Part shown: piece by piece, positions 47,900 through 57,455 of the stretch
Layout of the letters: each line of letters starts with the position of its first letter
Position numbering within the stretch: position 1 is the first letter of the stretch
From: an uncultured virus (IMG/VR IMGVR_UViG_3300017971_000238)
Lineage: Duplodnaviria > Heunggongvirae > Uroviricota > Caudoviricetes
DNA length: 64,000 nt
Virus record (IMG/VR): IMGVR_UViG_3300017971_000238
Reading direction: 5' to 3' (one strand)
Notes under the pieces: generated by a model
Seen by the model: the letters and a program-made list of their open reading frames with translations, nothing else
Told to the model about the DNA's origin: nothing
Database searches by the model: none
Position numbers and translations under genes: made by a program

Positions 47900-48296
47900 G
47901 TATTTTTCTTATGGCTTTCGGGATGTCTCCTATCGGGATGCCTATTCCCCTGACCTCGAAACCATGCGCATTCTTTACCATGTTTGCCGCCAGCTTCGCG
48001 AACTCCGCGTGCTCCGACATCTCGTCCATCACCATTATCATGTCCCTTATGACGTATTGAGCCTCCCTCACGCCATTATGGTACATGGCAACCATCTCCA
48101 CGGCCCTTCGCATGACATTTAGAAATGATATGAGGAAATCCTTCTCCATTGGATTATCGAGATCTGGCTCGTATGGCAAGTCTTCCTCTATACTACCAGT
48201 CAAGGCGATGCCAGCGACTTCCATTATCTTGTCCGCCCACCGGGAGAATATTTTCCGTGCATCCCGTGCAACTTTCTTCGATCTTTTCTCGTCCAT
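47865..48296 (-). CDS. Hypothetical protein
   Basis: 143 aa, coupled. Confidence 0.5.
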   Translation of the reverse strand: MDEKRSKKVARDARKIFSRWADKIMEVAGIALTGSIEEDLPYEPDLDNPMEKDFLISFLNVMRRAVEMVAMYHNGVREAQYVIRDMIMVMDEMSEHAEFAKLAANMVKNAHGFEVRGIGIPIGDIPKAIRKILGLDDNGDNKG

Positions 48297-48751
48297 TATT
48301 TTTCATCTCCGCCTCCATACGGGCACGGTTTTGGATATATGCCGCATATCCACACGGGAAACCCGAACTTCGATACCTTGTCCGACTTGATATTTTGAGG
48401 GCAATGGTAACACGGGTGGCCTTCCTCCGTGCGCCAGTACGCGTCCGCATAGTCGGCATCGAAATCGAATTCATCTCGTTTACCTTCAACGATGTCCACC
48501 GCCTCCTTGAACCGATCCTCTATTTCTGGAGGTATCTCGTCAGGGTATTTCTTGCATTCATGACCCTGCTCGAACGGTACACCGCATGCGATGCAGTAAC
48601 CATCCTTGTCCGGTTCCGATTCAACAAAAATACGGAAAGACGAGGGATTCCCGCAGTCACACACCGCGAATCCAGTGCTGGTGTTGAAATCCTCCAGCGG
48701 CCCCGTCTTCCCGCAACCATTACACACTATACGTATTCCCATTAGTATCAC
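48296..48751 (-). CDS. Cys-rich hypothetical protein
   Basis: Several CxxC motifs. Confidence 0.5.
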   Translation of the reverse strand: MILMGIRIVCNGCGKTGPLEDFNTSTGFAVCDCGNPSSFRIFVESEPDKDGYCIACGVPFEQGHECKKYPDEIPPEIEDRFKEAVDIVEGKRDEFDFDADYADAYWRTEEGHPCYHCPQNIKSDKVSKFGFPVWICGIYPKPCPYGGGDEK

Positions 48752-49665
48752 CAGAATGTCACTGGCTTTCCACAGAATCTACAATTTACGGAGTTATCTT
48801 CCTCCTTGCACACGATGCAATCTGAAATTTCTTCCACATCCTCAAGTGGATTCACCGTCTCGTCATCGAGGGACTTTTGCACAATCCCCTTTGCCGCCCA
48901 CTTGTCCACGTACATCAATATTTGTTTCTCGTTGAAGGTATCATTGCACCAGTTGTACCCTGCGTCATCGGACCAGAACCTCCAACATCCACCATCGCAG
49001 CTCGCGGTGATGTCCCGCATACCGAAAGGAAAATCTTCAATTACCACCTTGAACACCTTCGGTTCCGTGTAACCCCCGCGGACATCGCACCCACCATGCA
49101 CTTGAAGGAGTATCCAGCATTCATCGTTCCACTCGAAGTACGTGTACTGGAGCACTTGCGATAGCAGGTTCTCGCCGTTGTACGTGTTTTCTCCCCACAC
49201 GTCTCCAAGATCACCGCGCCCGTTGTCGAGCCACTCCGGGAAATCTTCCATGCATCGTATCCATGGTTTATCATGCATTTCTCCCATGCTCGCCCACGCC
49301 TTGAATAATTCGGTGAGCCGCTCGCATTCCTCGTCGTACACGAGATTATCCACGAGGTAATGGTACGTGGATCTTGATATGGACAACTGGCACTTCTCCT
49401 CGTCCCACACGGATACTATAACTGCCGGTATCTCGTCCCAGTTCGTGATGGCCCTGTTTCGTTGCCAACTGCGCCCGTAGGCACCACCAGAATCCAACAT
49501 GTGGACCCCGGTGTTTTCAACCAACATCTCTATTACCGCTTTTTTGGTGGGAGACAACTCTTCTACCACCTCTTCCGGTTCAGGCTTCGGATTTTCCTCC
49601 TCGGCCTTCCTTGTCTCCATCTTGTTACTGGAGTTTATCATCATTTCTATTAGCGGGTGTGGCAT
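48748..49665 (-). CDS. Conserved viral hypothetical protein
   Basis: ENTGVHMLDSGGAYGRSWQRN and QVHGGCDVRGGY motifs; C-terminal Zn ribbon. Confidence 0.6.
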   Translation of the reverse strand: MPHPLIEMMINSSNKMETRKAEEENPKPEPEEVVEELSPTKKAVIEMLVENTGVHMLDSGGAYGRSWQRNRAITNWDEIPAVIVSVWDEEKCQLSISRSTYHYLVDNLVYDEECERLTELFKAWASMGEMHDKPWIRCMEDFPEWLDNGRGDLGDVWGENTYNGENLLSQVLQYTYFEWNDECWILLQVHGGCDVRGGYTEPKVFKVVIEDFPFGMRDITASCDGGCWRFWSDDAGYNWCNDTFNEKQILMYVDKWAAKGIVQKSLDDETVNPLEDVEEISDCIVCKEEDNSVNCRFCGKPVTFW

Positions 49666-49681
49666 GTGTTCTCACTTCTCT

Positions 49682-50608
49682 TTACTTTCCATACAGGAAT
49701 GCTATTTGAGTTCCAATGGAATGCGCTACCAGTTTCAACCCACGGTTGTAATCATCGAAATTTATCACCGTGTCGTTTCTCTCTAATAGGGCATTAATCG
49801 CCGCGATCTTAAAAATGTTTCGCTCGCCGCGCTGCCACATTCCATACACCGAATCTCTCGATTCGGACACAGTTAACATCATTCCCGCATGGCTCTCCTT
49901 TACTTCATCGGAAATCGTCAGTTCAGGAGACCGCTCTGCGATGTAAGGCTCCCAATCGTCCAGTACCTCTGGCATTTCCACGTCTTTCAAATCCCAAGGC
50001 GGGACATAGCTCGCCGTCGACGGCATGATTATCAGCATCCTCTTGAACAGTCCACCTTCAAGAATTTCCTTGCTTGCGTTTTCTTGAAATGCATCGGGTG
50101 TTATCGATGCAACGAGACTAACCCGGACACCGTCAACATGCACGGACTTCCCTCTCGTCGACGGGAAGCTATAATGCTTGCAGGCATATAGACTATTCAA
50201 CACGTCCACCATCAATTTCCAACCCACGTATCCCGACTTGCTTGACTTCAAGAACTGGCCAAACTCGTCATGCACCAACACTATATCATTTCCATTCGGA
50301 GCAGTCCACCAACCCTCATCATCCGGGCCTATATTGTACTCGTCCAATGCCTTCGCCAGCGAATCCATCGTACCCATGGAATGCGTGTTCGACACGCCCT
50401 CCAACATCTTGCTAATTGCGCTGGACTTGTGTGTTATTGAACTTGGCCCGACAACAAGCATGTAGAAATTAGTTGGACCTCCTAACACCCGTATATCATT
50501 CCGGGTGCCCAAGAGAAAGAATGCTAATGCTTCCGCAAGGATTGGATCTACTGTGGTGGATTTCATGATGATGTCTATTACCCTACTCACTGCATGCATT
50601 ACCTCCAT
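49682..50608 (-). CDS. DUF3987/MCM-like AAA+ ATPase domain protein
   Basis: NFYMLVVGPSSITHKSSAI, VHDEFG, ITP, GGLFKR. Confidence 0.6.
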   Translation of the reverse strand: MEVMHAVSRVIDIIMKSTTVDPILAEALAFFLLGTRNDIRVLGGPTNFYMLVVGPSSITHKSSAISKMLEGVSNTHSMGTMDSLAKALDEYNIGPDDEGWWTAPNGNDIVLVHDEFGQFLKSSKSGYVGWKLMVDVLNSLYACKHYSFPSTRGKSVHVDGVRVSLVASITPDAFQENASKEILEGGLFKRMLIIMPSTASYVPPWDLKDVEMPEVLDDWEPYIAERSPELTISDEVKESHAGMMLTVSESRDSVYGMWQRGERNIFKIAAINALLERNDTVINFDDYNRGLKLVAHSIGTQIAFLYGK

Positions 50609-51017
50609 CGTCTTCGCGGTAATTCAGCTCTTTGGCTACTTCATCTTCTACCCATTCGATCTCCACTGGAGAGACTTCTACTGGTTGGATATGTAACTCG
50701 TGCTTTTCCTTCCCGTTCATTCTTGGGCACTTCGTGGCGTGTATCATGCCATCGTCATCCATGCAAAGATTGTTGAGATATTTTGCGATGGTGATGAAAC
50801 TGGCACGACTGCCATCGAGGGAATTGAACATTTTTCGGTTGCTGGAGAAAAGCTGCGCTACGCATTCATGTACCCTGTAATAGTTGCCGTTGTATTCGCC
50901 GGTATCCTTCATTTCCTTCAATATCGTGGTTAGTTTTTGTTGAAGTCTCAAGTCATGGTTCCTCCAATGGTAGATTTCGACCAAACCGAACCATTTCATA
51001 AAAGCTTCCCAAAACAT
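50583..51017 (-). CDS. Hypothetical protein (likely start MFWEAF)
   Basis: 3' part of the 388-aa track ORF; the 5' part overlaps another gene. Confidence 0.45.
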   Translation of the reverse strand: MFWEAFMKWFGLVEIYHWRNHDLRLQQKLTTILKEMKDTGEYNGNYYRVHECVAQLFSSNRKMFNSLDGSRASFITIAKYLNNLCMDDDGMIHATKCPRMNGKEKHELHIQPVEVSPVEIEWVEDEVAKELNYREDDGGNACSE

Positions 51018-51073
51018 ATTATAATTAAGCTGGGTTGGGAGACCAAACCGAAGTGATTCGGAAAGGTCGGGAC

Positions 51074-51117
51074 CGGGAAGGAGGGGTTTGAACCCTCTGT
51101 GGTAGGTTATCTTCCCG
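51074..51117 (-). ncRNA. tRNA top-half (acceptor + T-arm) minihelix-like element
   Basis: CGGGAAG-13nt-GAGGG-TTCAAAC-CCCTC-CTTCCCG. Confidence 0.55.
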
Positions 51118-51163
51118 TTAAATAAAAAGAAAAAAAGAAAATTAGGTTCATGTGGTGGGCCGT

Positions 51164-51574
51164 TCAAGCGTTTACTTCCGACGCAAGTTCTTGGATGGCT
51201 GGATGTTTGTTGGTGGCGAGTAACCACTTGAGCATGACCTTCATGGAGGCTTTTGCGTTGCCCTTGATTTGCTTTTCGAGCTTCTCCTTTTGCCCTTGGA
51301 GAATCTCCAATTTGGTCTGATCCTTGATACCCTTCATCGTGTTTGCGATATTGTCCACGATTAATTGGATGGATTCGTTCTTGGCCTTGTTTTTCTCGCT
51401 GCCAGCAAAGTAATCTTCCAAGATCTCTTCTGTTTCTGGTGTCTTGATCATCTCGTCCAAGATGGCGTTGTATGCCTTCGCACTTGGTAGGGTGAGGTAT
51501 TTCTTTTTCCTGGCCGATTCGCTTGACTCCCTGATTTCTTCCAGAACATCTGCTACGTTTACCATTTTTAGCAC
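51164..51574 (-). CDS. Hypothetical helical protein
   Basis: 136 aa; upstream TATA and 10-bp hairpin (51587-51611). Confidence 0.55.
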   Translation of the reverse strand: MLKMVNVADVLEEIRESSESARKKKYLTLPSAKAYNAILDEMIKTPETEEILEDYFAGSEKNKAKNESIQLIVDNIANTMKGIKDQTKLEILQGQKEKLEKQIKGNAKASMKVMLKWLLATNKHPAIQELASEVNA

Positions 51575-51636
51575 TCCGCGTGTGATATGCGAGGAAAATC
51601 ATTCCTCGCATGGTATATTCAGGGGAGGCGTAGTAT

Positions 51637-52773
51637 TTAAATTTTTTGCTGTACTTCAAGTAACCACCTGTTGAATAGACGCTCGTCATCGGCATCCTTT
51701 GGATGGATAACGCGGCGAAGGAATGCCGTGAGGTTCTGGATCTCTTCATTCCGCAGTATTTGTGTCTTGTTGACGGATTCTAGTACAACGACGAGGGATT
51801 CGGCGTCGTTGGCCTCCGCGTCGAAGAGGTAGGTCGCTGACCCGTACTTGGGTTCCTCCCACACGTAGGCATCATTTATGCGAAACACGAATCCCGTATC
51901 GCTGTAATATATCGGGTCGACATCGTCGTGGGCTTCCTTGAGTGCCCTGAAGAAAGCTGGCTCGTAATCCTTGCGCAAAGTGATGGATTCTAATAATTCG
52001 CCAGCATTCTGGTCTTCAATTCCTGCTTCCACGAGCATGCTCTGGACTGCACTGGTTGCCATGAATGCGCCTTCCCGCATGGCCTCCTTTATCTTCCCGA
52101 TTATCTCCCGTAACTTGTCATTTGATAATTCTTGGGTCACGATTTGCTCCAGAAGAGCGAGATCGCTTTGGGATTTGTCGAAAGAGCCTTCCTTGTAATC
52201 GTAGGCCGTGAACCACTCTCTGGTTCGAGATTCACGGTCGTAGACAGATCGTAGACGGTGTTCAAATTCGCCGAATAGACGAACAGTGCCTTCTAATTCG
52301 ACTTTATTGAGTCCCTGTGGGAAATACTCGAACCCAAGGGTTTGGGCGTTTATTCGTATGCCAGTTTTCTCGTCGGAAAGGTATTCGTGGTGGAAGTAGA
52401 CATTATTGAGGTCCATGTCTACCATCATGAACGTGGAATACCTACCGACGGCAACTATCTCATTTTGCTTGAAGCCATTTACCCATCCCATGGTGGCGAA
52501 GGGGGACCCATCGAGATTCTTGTCCCACCGCTCGTTCACCTCGCTCTCCCGGTAGCTCCGCATCGGAACCTCGATGACGGAGTAGGTGAATACATCCGGG
52601 TACTCTCCAGTAGTATAGTCTGGATAGATAGCGAGTGAATAGCCAGTAGTGGGGTCATCGTAGTCTTGGCAGGTGAGGTATCTCACTCGGTATTGTTTTC
52701 CTTTCTTGGAGACTTTCTCCTTCTCGCCAGATTTCCTGACGACTATCATCTTGATGTTTGGCATTGTACTCAC
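51637..52773 (-). CDS. Hypothetical protein (possible N-terminal OB-fold)
   Basis: 378-aa ORF immediately downstream of tRNA-Glu. Confidence 0.55.
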   Translation of the reverse strand: MSTMPNIKMIVVRKSGEKEKVSKKGKQYRVRYLTCQDYDDPTTGYSLAIYPDYTTGEYPDVFTYSVIEVPMRSYRESEVNERWDKNLDGSPFATMGWVNGFKQNEIVAVGRYSTFMMVDMDLNNVYFHHEYLSDEKTGIRINAQTLGFEYFPQGLNKVELEGTVRLFGEFEHRLRSVYDRESRTREWFTAYDYKEGSFDKSQSDLALLEQIVTQELSNDKLREIIGKIKEAMREGAFMATSAVQSMLVEAGIEDQNAGELLESITLRKDYEPAFFRALKEAHDDVDPIYYSDTGFVFRINDAYVWEEPKYGSATYLFDAEANDAESLVVVLESVNKTQILRNEEIQNLTAFLRRVIHPKDADDERLFNRWLLEVQQKI

Positions 52774-52788
52774 TTGTTAGCAGTTTCA

Positions 52789-52863
52789 TGGGGGTGGCGG
52801 CGGGAGTTGAACCCGCATCCCGGGGCTGAGAACCCCGAATCCTTACCGTTAGAATACGCCACC
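52789..52863 (-). tRNA. tRNA-Glu(CTC) with encoded CCA
   Basis: GGTGGCG/CGCCACC acceptor, CGGGG-TTCTCAG-CCCCG anticodon arm, GCGGG-TTCAACT-CCCGC T arm, C-CCA end. Confidence 0.9.
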
Positions 52864-53295
52864 TTATTTTGTCCAGATATATGGGAGATTGTCTGGAATG
52901 TCTGGAAATAGTTTTGTATAATGCTCTGGCTTTTTTCTCACGAGATTGGACTGGTGAGAAAGTATCAACTCGTCGGTTATCCATGGAGGCTTCACCGGAT
53001 CATCTGCCTTGAATATTTCCATGAAGGCCTTGAATTGGTCCTTGCATTTAATATTCTTATATCCTCTGGCCTCCCACTCGTCCATTATAGATTTTAGGTA
53101 GACCTTGAGCAGGTATGGCTCGTATCCTTTCCACATCTTGACTATTGGATGATGTTGCCAACCCTTCGTGATGCCAAGGTTCTCCTTGATGATTTGCAGG
53201 GCTTCGACACGTTGCTTGCCCAGCCTTTTCATGTCGAGGTTGCTGGCGTTTTCTTTCATGTCGTGGCTTGTTATGAATGTTTGCATGGTGATCAC
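52864..53295 (-). CDS. Pyrimidine-dimer DNA glycosylase/endonuclease V-like (MSMEG_6728 family)
   Basis: MQTF...LDMKRLGKQRVEALQI...HP..KMW.G...SHQSNL.RK.P.HY. Confidence 0.8.
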   Translation of the reverse strand: MITMQTFITSHDMKENASNLDMKRLGKQRVEALQIIKENLGITKGWQHHPIVKMWKGYEPYLLKVYLKSIMDEWEARGYKNIKCKDQFKAFMEIFKADDPVKPPWITDELILSHQSNLVRKKPEHYTKLFPDIPDNLPYIWTK

Positions 53296-53334
53296 AAAAA
53301 AAGGTAAAAAAATGAAGGTTATAAACTGGCTGGT

Positions 53335-53913
53335 TTATTCCTCGTATTCGTCTTCTTCCTCGCCGTTCACGTCCTCGCCAGCTGCCTTCTTGCGGTCGTA
53401 TTCCTCTTTCTCCGCCTTGGTCATCGATCTCTTGGGGCCATACTCGATAATGTCCGCGATGATGCCATCGATAGCATCTGCCGCCTTCACTGCTTCCTTG
53501 TTGAAGGAATCATCATTCCTCATGCGGAAGGCAAGGGATTCGATGAGCAGTGACTGGAACGCCTTGGTAACGCCATCGCTAACGATGACTTGTTGACTGG
53601 CGTTATCGATGCGCTGCTCGATGGAGGCGAATACTTTCTTGTCCTTCACGCCCTCTGATTCGAGGATTTGCTTCAGCGCTTCCAATTCAGCAACTGCCTT
53701 ATTGGTGGTGGCCCGAACTTCAGCTGGTGCCTCGTAACCGATGAGATTCATGATCTCACGGGCGAGGTCTTTCTGGAACGTGCAGTTCGAGGAACTCACA
53801 CGATCCTTGTATCCTTGCTCAAGCACGTTGGACAGTGCTTCAGCATCACCCTTTTTCAGCGCCGCTTCCAATTTCTTGGAATCCAAGTGCGCCGTTTCTT
53901 TGCGTTGTGGCAT
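53335..53913 (-). CDS. Hypothetical helical protein with acidic tail
   Basis: 192 aa; GAGGTGA SD. Confidence 0.55.
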   Translation of the reverse strand: MPQRKETAHLDSKKLEAALKKGDAEALSNVLEQGYKDRVSSSNCTFQKDLAREIMNLIGYEAPAEVRATTNKAVAELEALKQILESEGVKDKKVFASIEQRIDNASQQVIVSDGVTKAFQSLLIESLAFRMRNDDSFNKEAVKAADAIDGIIADIIEYGPKRSMTKAEKEEYDRKKAAGEDVNGEEEDEYEE

Positions 53914-53914
53914 T

Positions 53915-54226
53915 TTAGTTCACCTCATCAACGGCGTCGACATGCCCGGCGAAGCCATGGAAACCTTTCTTCAGCCAATCCCTGCGTGTCATGCCATTGA
54001 TGGAGAGTTCAAATAAGTTCGTGTCGAACCGGAGGCTTACTGAACCATGACCATCGTTATCCACCTCCACGCCGACATAAACTTTTACATCCGATTCATC
54101 CTTCAGATCCACGTTAAACTCCACCTCGGCAGAATCTATCTTGGAACGGGAACCTGCAGTGGTGGTCCGGAGGAGTTCTCCTTCCTTGTAAACACGAATC
54201 TTTGGATATACCTTGTGTCGTGTCAT
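53915..54226 (-). CDS. Hypothetical protein (likely start MTRHKV)
   Basis: 3' part of the track ORF. Confidence 0.45.
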   Translation of the reverse strand: MTRHKVYPKIRVYKEGELLRTTTAGSRSKIDSAEVEFNVDLKDESDVKVYVGVEVDNDGHGSVSLRFDTNLFELSINGMTRRDWLKKGFHGFAGHVDAVDEVN

Positions 54227-54348
54227 GGTTATCGCTCGTCGGGGAGATATACTCCCACAAGGGTAAAGAAGGGAGGGGAGGCTTCGGTTCCTCCCGCCCA
54301 CGGGAAATTCCCGTCCGAAGTAGGCTACTCCCTTGTAGTTTGGAAAAA

Positions 54349-54380
54349 GTGGAAGGCCGGGATTGAACCGGCGCTTCCCC
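54349..54380 (-). ncRNA. Second tRNA minihelix-like element
   Basis: GGGGAAG-C-GCCGG-TTCAATC-CCGGC-CTTCCAC followed by a T-tract. Confidence 0.5.
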
Positions 54381-54384
54381 GACA

Positions 54385-54516
54385 TCAATAACAATCCTTG
54401 CATACCTTCACCTGATATATTTTCGTGCCGTCTTTCAACACGTCATCGATAACCCGCCTTTTTCTTAGGCGCTTGGCGGGCAACCCGCAAATTTCACAGA
54501 ATTTCGTTTTCGTCAT
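54385..54516 (-). CDS. 43-aa Zn-finger protein (not in ORF track)
   Basis: MTKTKFCEICG...VCKDCY; TATA-like CTTAAATA upstream. Confidence 0.5.
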   Translation of the reverse strand: MTKTKFCEICGLPAKRLRKRRVIDDVLKDGTKIYQVKVCKDCY

Positions 54517-54573
54517 CTAAATCACTAATAGAGGTCGTGATATTTAAGTTTTTCGCAACTGGATGCGCCGTCT

Positions 54574-54831
54574 TCAAGGTTCCGAGATCCACATGGATTT
54601 TATTTGTGCCACGGGAAAAATGTTTACTACTTCATTTCTCTGGCGCGGTTTCGAGATAACGACAAGTGCCTTGCCCAAGAAAGTATCATTTGTGGTAACT
54701 TGGAGTGGACGGTCGTATCCTTTTGGATTGAAGGTGTGGAAACCTTCCGTGTCGTCGTTGGACTGGAGCATCTGGACGGAGAAGAGATAGTTGGAAAGCA
54801 TCTCCGGGACAGATAGGACATCCAGATTCAT
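54574..54831 (-). CDS. Hypothetical protein
   Basis: 85 aa; GAGGT SD, coupled. Confidence 0.45.
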   Translation of the reverse strand: MNLDVLSVPEMLSNYLFSVQMLQSNDDTEGFHTFNPKGYDRPLQVTTNDTFLGKALVVISKPRQRNEVVNIFPVAQIKSMWISEP

Positions 54832-55478
54832 TTTTCTACCTCTTTTGTTTTCAATAAACAGTCAAGGCGTTTCTTGGCCTCGCAGTAGTCGGATGATGCC
54901 CAGATGGCGAACAGCTCCGCGGAGATCTCGTCGTGTAATATCCCGGTGAGCGGGAGGACGAAGTTCCCGGAGCAGGCAACTGCCGCCTTGATGGTATCCC
55001 AACATCCAATCGCGTATTCCTCTACACGCCCGTCCATTTCCATCTGGTAGACGTAGTCATCATTAACTAACCGTAGATTGTCGAACGGGTACGCGAACTT
55101 GAGGTTGTGCACTATTTCCTCTTCCGCGTCAGAATGGAAATCCGATTGCTGGTTATTTTCGATGAATTCATCGATGTTGATAATGGTGATGTCATCATCA
55201 TCATATTCCTCTTCATCGTAGGCGGTAAGGTCGGCTTCCTGCGGGGAAACGAGGGATACGTATTCCAACAGCCATGTCTTGAGGATGTCAAGACATATGG
55301 ACTCTTCCCTACGGTCGAGGTATATGGAAATGAATTCATCATAATTATCGGTGGGTATTATCAGGTCGAACTCGTTATTCTGGAGGAGTTCGGCGGCTTT
55401 CATGGCATCTGCAATGGTGGATGCATCGATGAAAGTACGCATCCCCTTGAATATACATGATAGTTTTTTCCATTTCAT
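54828..55478 (-). CDS. Acidic hypothetical protein
   Basis: 216 aa; CACGAGTGA leader. Confidence 0.55.
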   Translation of the reverse strand: MKWKKLSCIFKGMRTFIDASTIADAMKAAELLQNNEFDLIIPTDNYDEFISIYLDRREESICLDILKTWLLEYVSLVSPQEADLTAYDEEEYDDDDITIINIDEFIENNQQSDFHSDAEEEIVHNLKFAYPFDNLRLVNDDYVYQMEMDGRVEEYAIGCWDTIKAAVACSGNFVLPLTGILHDEISAELFAIWASSDYCEAKKRLDCLLKTKEVEK

Positions 55479-55780
55479 GGTTTTTCACTCGTGTGGACAA
55501 CCCCACACCACCCCGCCAAGTCGGCCAGCAAAAAAAACAGAATAAGTAAATCATAATAGGAAAGGAATTAGTAGGATGTGCTGGTGATGGTGGTTTGGGT
55601 TGCTTGTCTTGGTCAAGGGGAGGCATGGGCGGCCTCTACCCGTTGGCTTATTTATTCAGGACTGTTTCTATGTTGTCCATGATGCCTTCAAGGATTGAAC
55701 GGCGCTTCTCGATGTCGTACTCGAATGGAGGGTCTATCTGGTCCTTGCTGGCTAAGAGCAGGCCAATCTCGTTCCATACC

Positions 55781-56041
55781 CTATGAAGAAGGGTCATTCT
55801 CCATCGTCTCCTTGAAGTGGTTCCAGTGCTCGATGGCATCTATCACGTTCCCGTTGCAGGCCTTCTCGTACATGTCTCCTTTCTCCATGTGCGATTTATA
55901 ACAGAAATCGTGGTACATGGCGTAGGAACCATGGGCGAACGAATCGTCAGGTGTTATCTTGCCACGTATTACTTGGACGCATTTATCCGGGCAGGTGATG
56001 AGATGCCCGCATTCGCTACACACGTAGGTCATTAGATACAC
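55781..56041 (-). CDS. Small Cys/His protein
   Basis: CSEC...HDFC. Confidence 0.45.
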   Translation of the reverse strand: MYLMTYVCSECGHLITCPDKCVQVIRGKITPDDSFAHGSYAMYHDFCYKSHMEKGDMYEKACNGNVIDAIEHWNHFKETMENDPSS

Positions 56042-56259
56042 CCTCCACAGTGCAGGTGGTCACCGCATTCATCGCACTTTTCCCACCCGCAGTAGTCACA
56101 AATTTCGCAATAGTCGGTGCAACGTTTCTCGTGGTAGGATGCGCCACAACAAGGGGAGCATTTCTCCCCGCATTTTGGGCATTTCCATGGTGGGCATGGC
56201 CCACAAGGGTAGAAACCTTTGTATGTAAACGCATGTCCACATTGTTGGCACACGGTCAT
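56032..56259 (-). CDS. Very Cys-rich small protein (17 Cys in 75 aa)
   Basis: Repeated CxxC. Confidence 0.55.
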   Translation of the reverse strand: MTVCQQCGHAFTYKGFYPCGPCPPWKCPKCGEKCSPCCGASYHEKRCTDYCEICDYCGWEKCDECGDHLHCGGCI

Positions 56260-56598
56260 TTACTGGTCACCCCAGAACAGGTCTATCTCGGAGTCGGTGA
56301 AGCCTTCGTTGATGGCCTCGTCACGGAACACCTCGAAATCATCTCCGTGATCGTCGTACAGCTCGTGGAGATGGAGGAGGCGGTCGTTCCCGATGTATTC
56401 GATAAGTTCCTCGTCTCTTTGGCTCATTTACCATCTACCTTTTTCCATTGCTTCCTTGATGCGGGAGAGGGAATCGATGGCATCATCGATGCTTGGTTCG
56501 CACATGTCATCGAGAAGCTGGATTGCGACGCATTCAACGTTTAGGCGCTCGCATTCCAATTCCAGCTCGCATCTGGAACATATGTTCTTGTCCATCGT

Positions 56599-56805
56599 TT
56601 AATCACCAATCATGTTTAGTATATCACGGCGGATCTTGGCGTATGTGTCCATGTTCATTGTCGGTGGCAGGCTATTACCTAATTGCTCTTTGATACGCTC
56701 CAGCACGTTCATGGCGCTGCAATAGTAATCCTTGCCACCGTATTCGTCGCAACCTTCTGCCATGTCACATTCCGAGCAGATGGCTTGTTTCCAATCAAGA
56801 TTCAT
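56599..56805 (-). CDS. Small hypothetical protein
   Basis: CSEC...C...C; coupled. Confidence 0.45.
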   Translation of the reverse strand: MNLDWKQAICSECDMAEGCDEYGGKDYYCSAMNVLERIKEQLGNSLPPTMNMDTYAKIRRDILNMIGD

Positions 56806-57206
56806 TTCAGGAGGGCCTCCATCTTTTCAACGAGAATGTCATCCACGTCGCCATGTTCCACGAGACTCCGGAGAATGTCGAGGAATGTATCCATTACTAG
56901 CGGGAAGTTAGCCATCGCATCATCCACGTAGATGCAACCGTCACCGAGGAATAAATTCACCGCGGATGGCCATTTCCCTCCAAATATAGGATCATGTTTT
57001 GTTCTCCAAGAAAGATGATTCCATGATCCACTCATGTCGCACAGGCATGGTGGGCACAGGCACGTCTGGCATCTCTTGCGGTATGTTTCTTTCCTGTCAA
57101 CGGCATCATCGCAGAAGGCGCATGTATCGTTTATCTCGCTATACGGTTCATTCCATTTATCCAGAGCCATGGCGGCGAGGGTCTTGATGTGTTTTTTCAG
57201 GTTCAC
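56802..57206 (-). CDS. Cys-rich hypothetical protein (likely GTG start at 57206)
   Basis: GAGTGAG leader before GTG; CAFC...CQTCLCPPCLC. Confidence 0.5.
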   Translation of the reverse strand: MNLKKHIKTLAAMALDKWNEPYSEINDTCAFCDDAVDRKETYRKRCQTCLCPPCLCDMSGSWNHLSWRTKHDPIFGGKWPSAVNLFLGDGCIYVDDAMANFPLVMDTFLDILRSLVEHGDVDDILVEKMEALLK

Positions 57207-57455
57207 GGTTTTCTCACTCAGTTTGGTGGTACACAGGAAGGCGGGAATGAGCCGCCAGTGCCCATCTCCATTCCAACGAATGCGAGGAGGCGGTGGCCTC
57301 AATTGGGCGTCGGGAATTGAACCCTTTTCCTGCATGGTTTGGGAAAATGCTCAACCCAACCGGAGGGTAATCGGGGCAGGCCGTGAAAGGGGGGTGAATT
57401 TTCCGGTTGAGTTGAGTGAGTTGGTTTTTGGGTTTAAGGCCCGCCCCGCATGGTT
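57207..57455 (-). ncRNA. Candidate structured intergenic RNA
   Basis: 15-bp imperfect inverted repeat (57350-64/57402-16), several short hairpins, T-loop-like GGGTTCAATTCCC. Confidence 0.4.

Noticed and set aside
51018..51749. 5' part of the 388-aa ORF 50583-51749
   Set aside because: Overlaps the 51164-51574 gene out of frame and crosses a T-tract and minihelix; the real start is probably 51017
57303..57447. tmRNA or full tRNA call
   Set aside because: T-stem has only 3 bp and there is no anticodon arm or tag ORF; kept only as a candidate structured RNA
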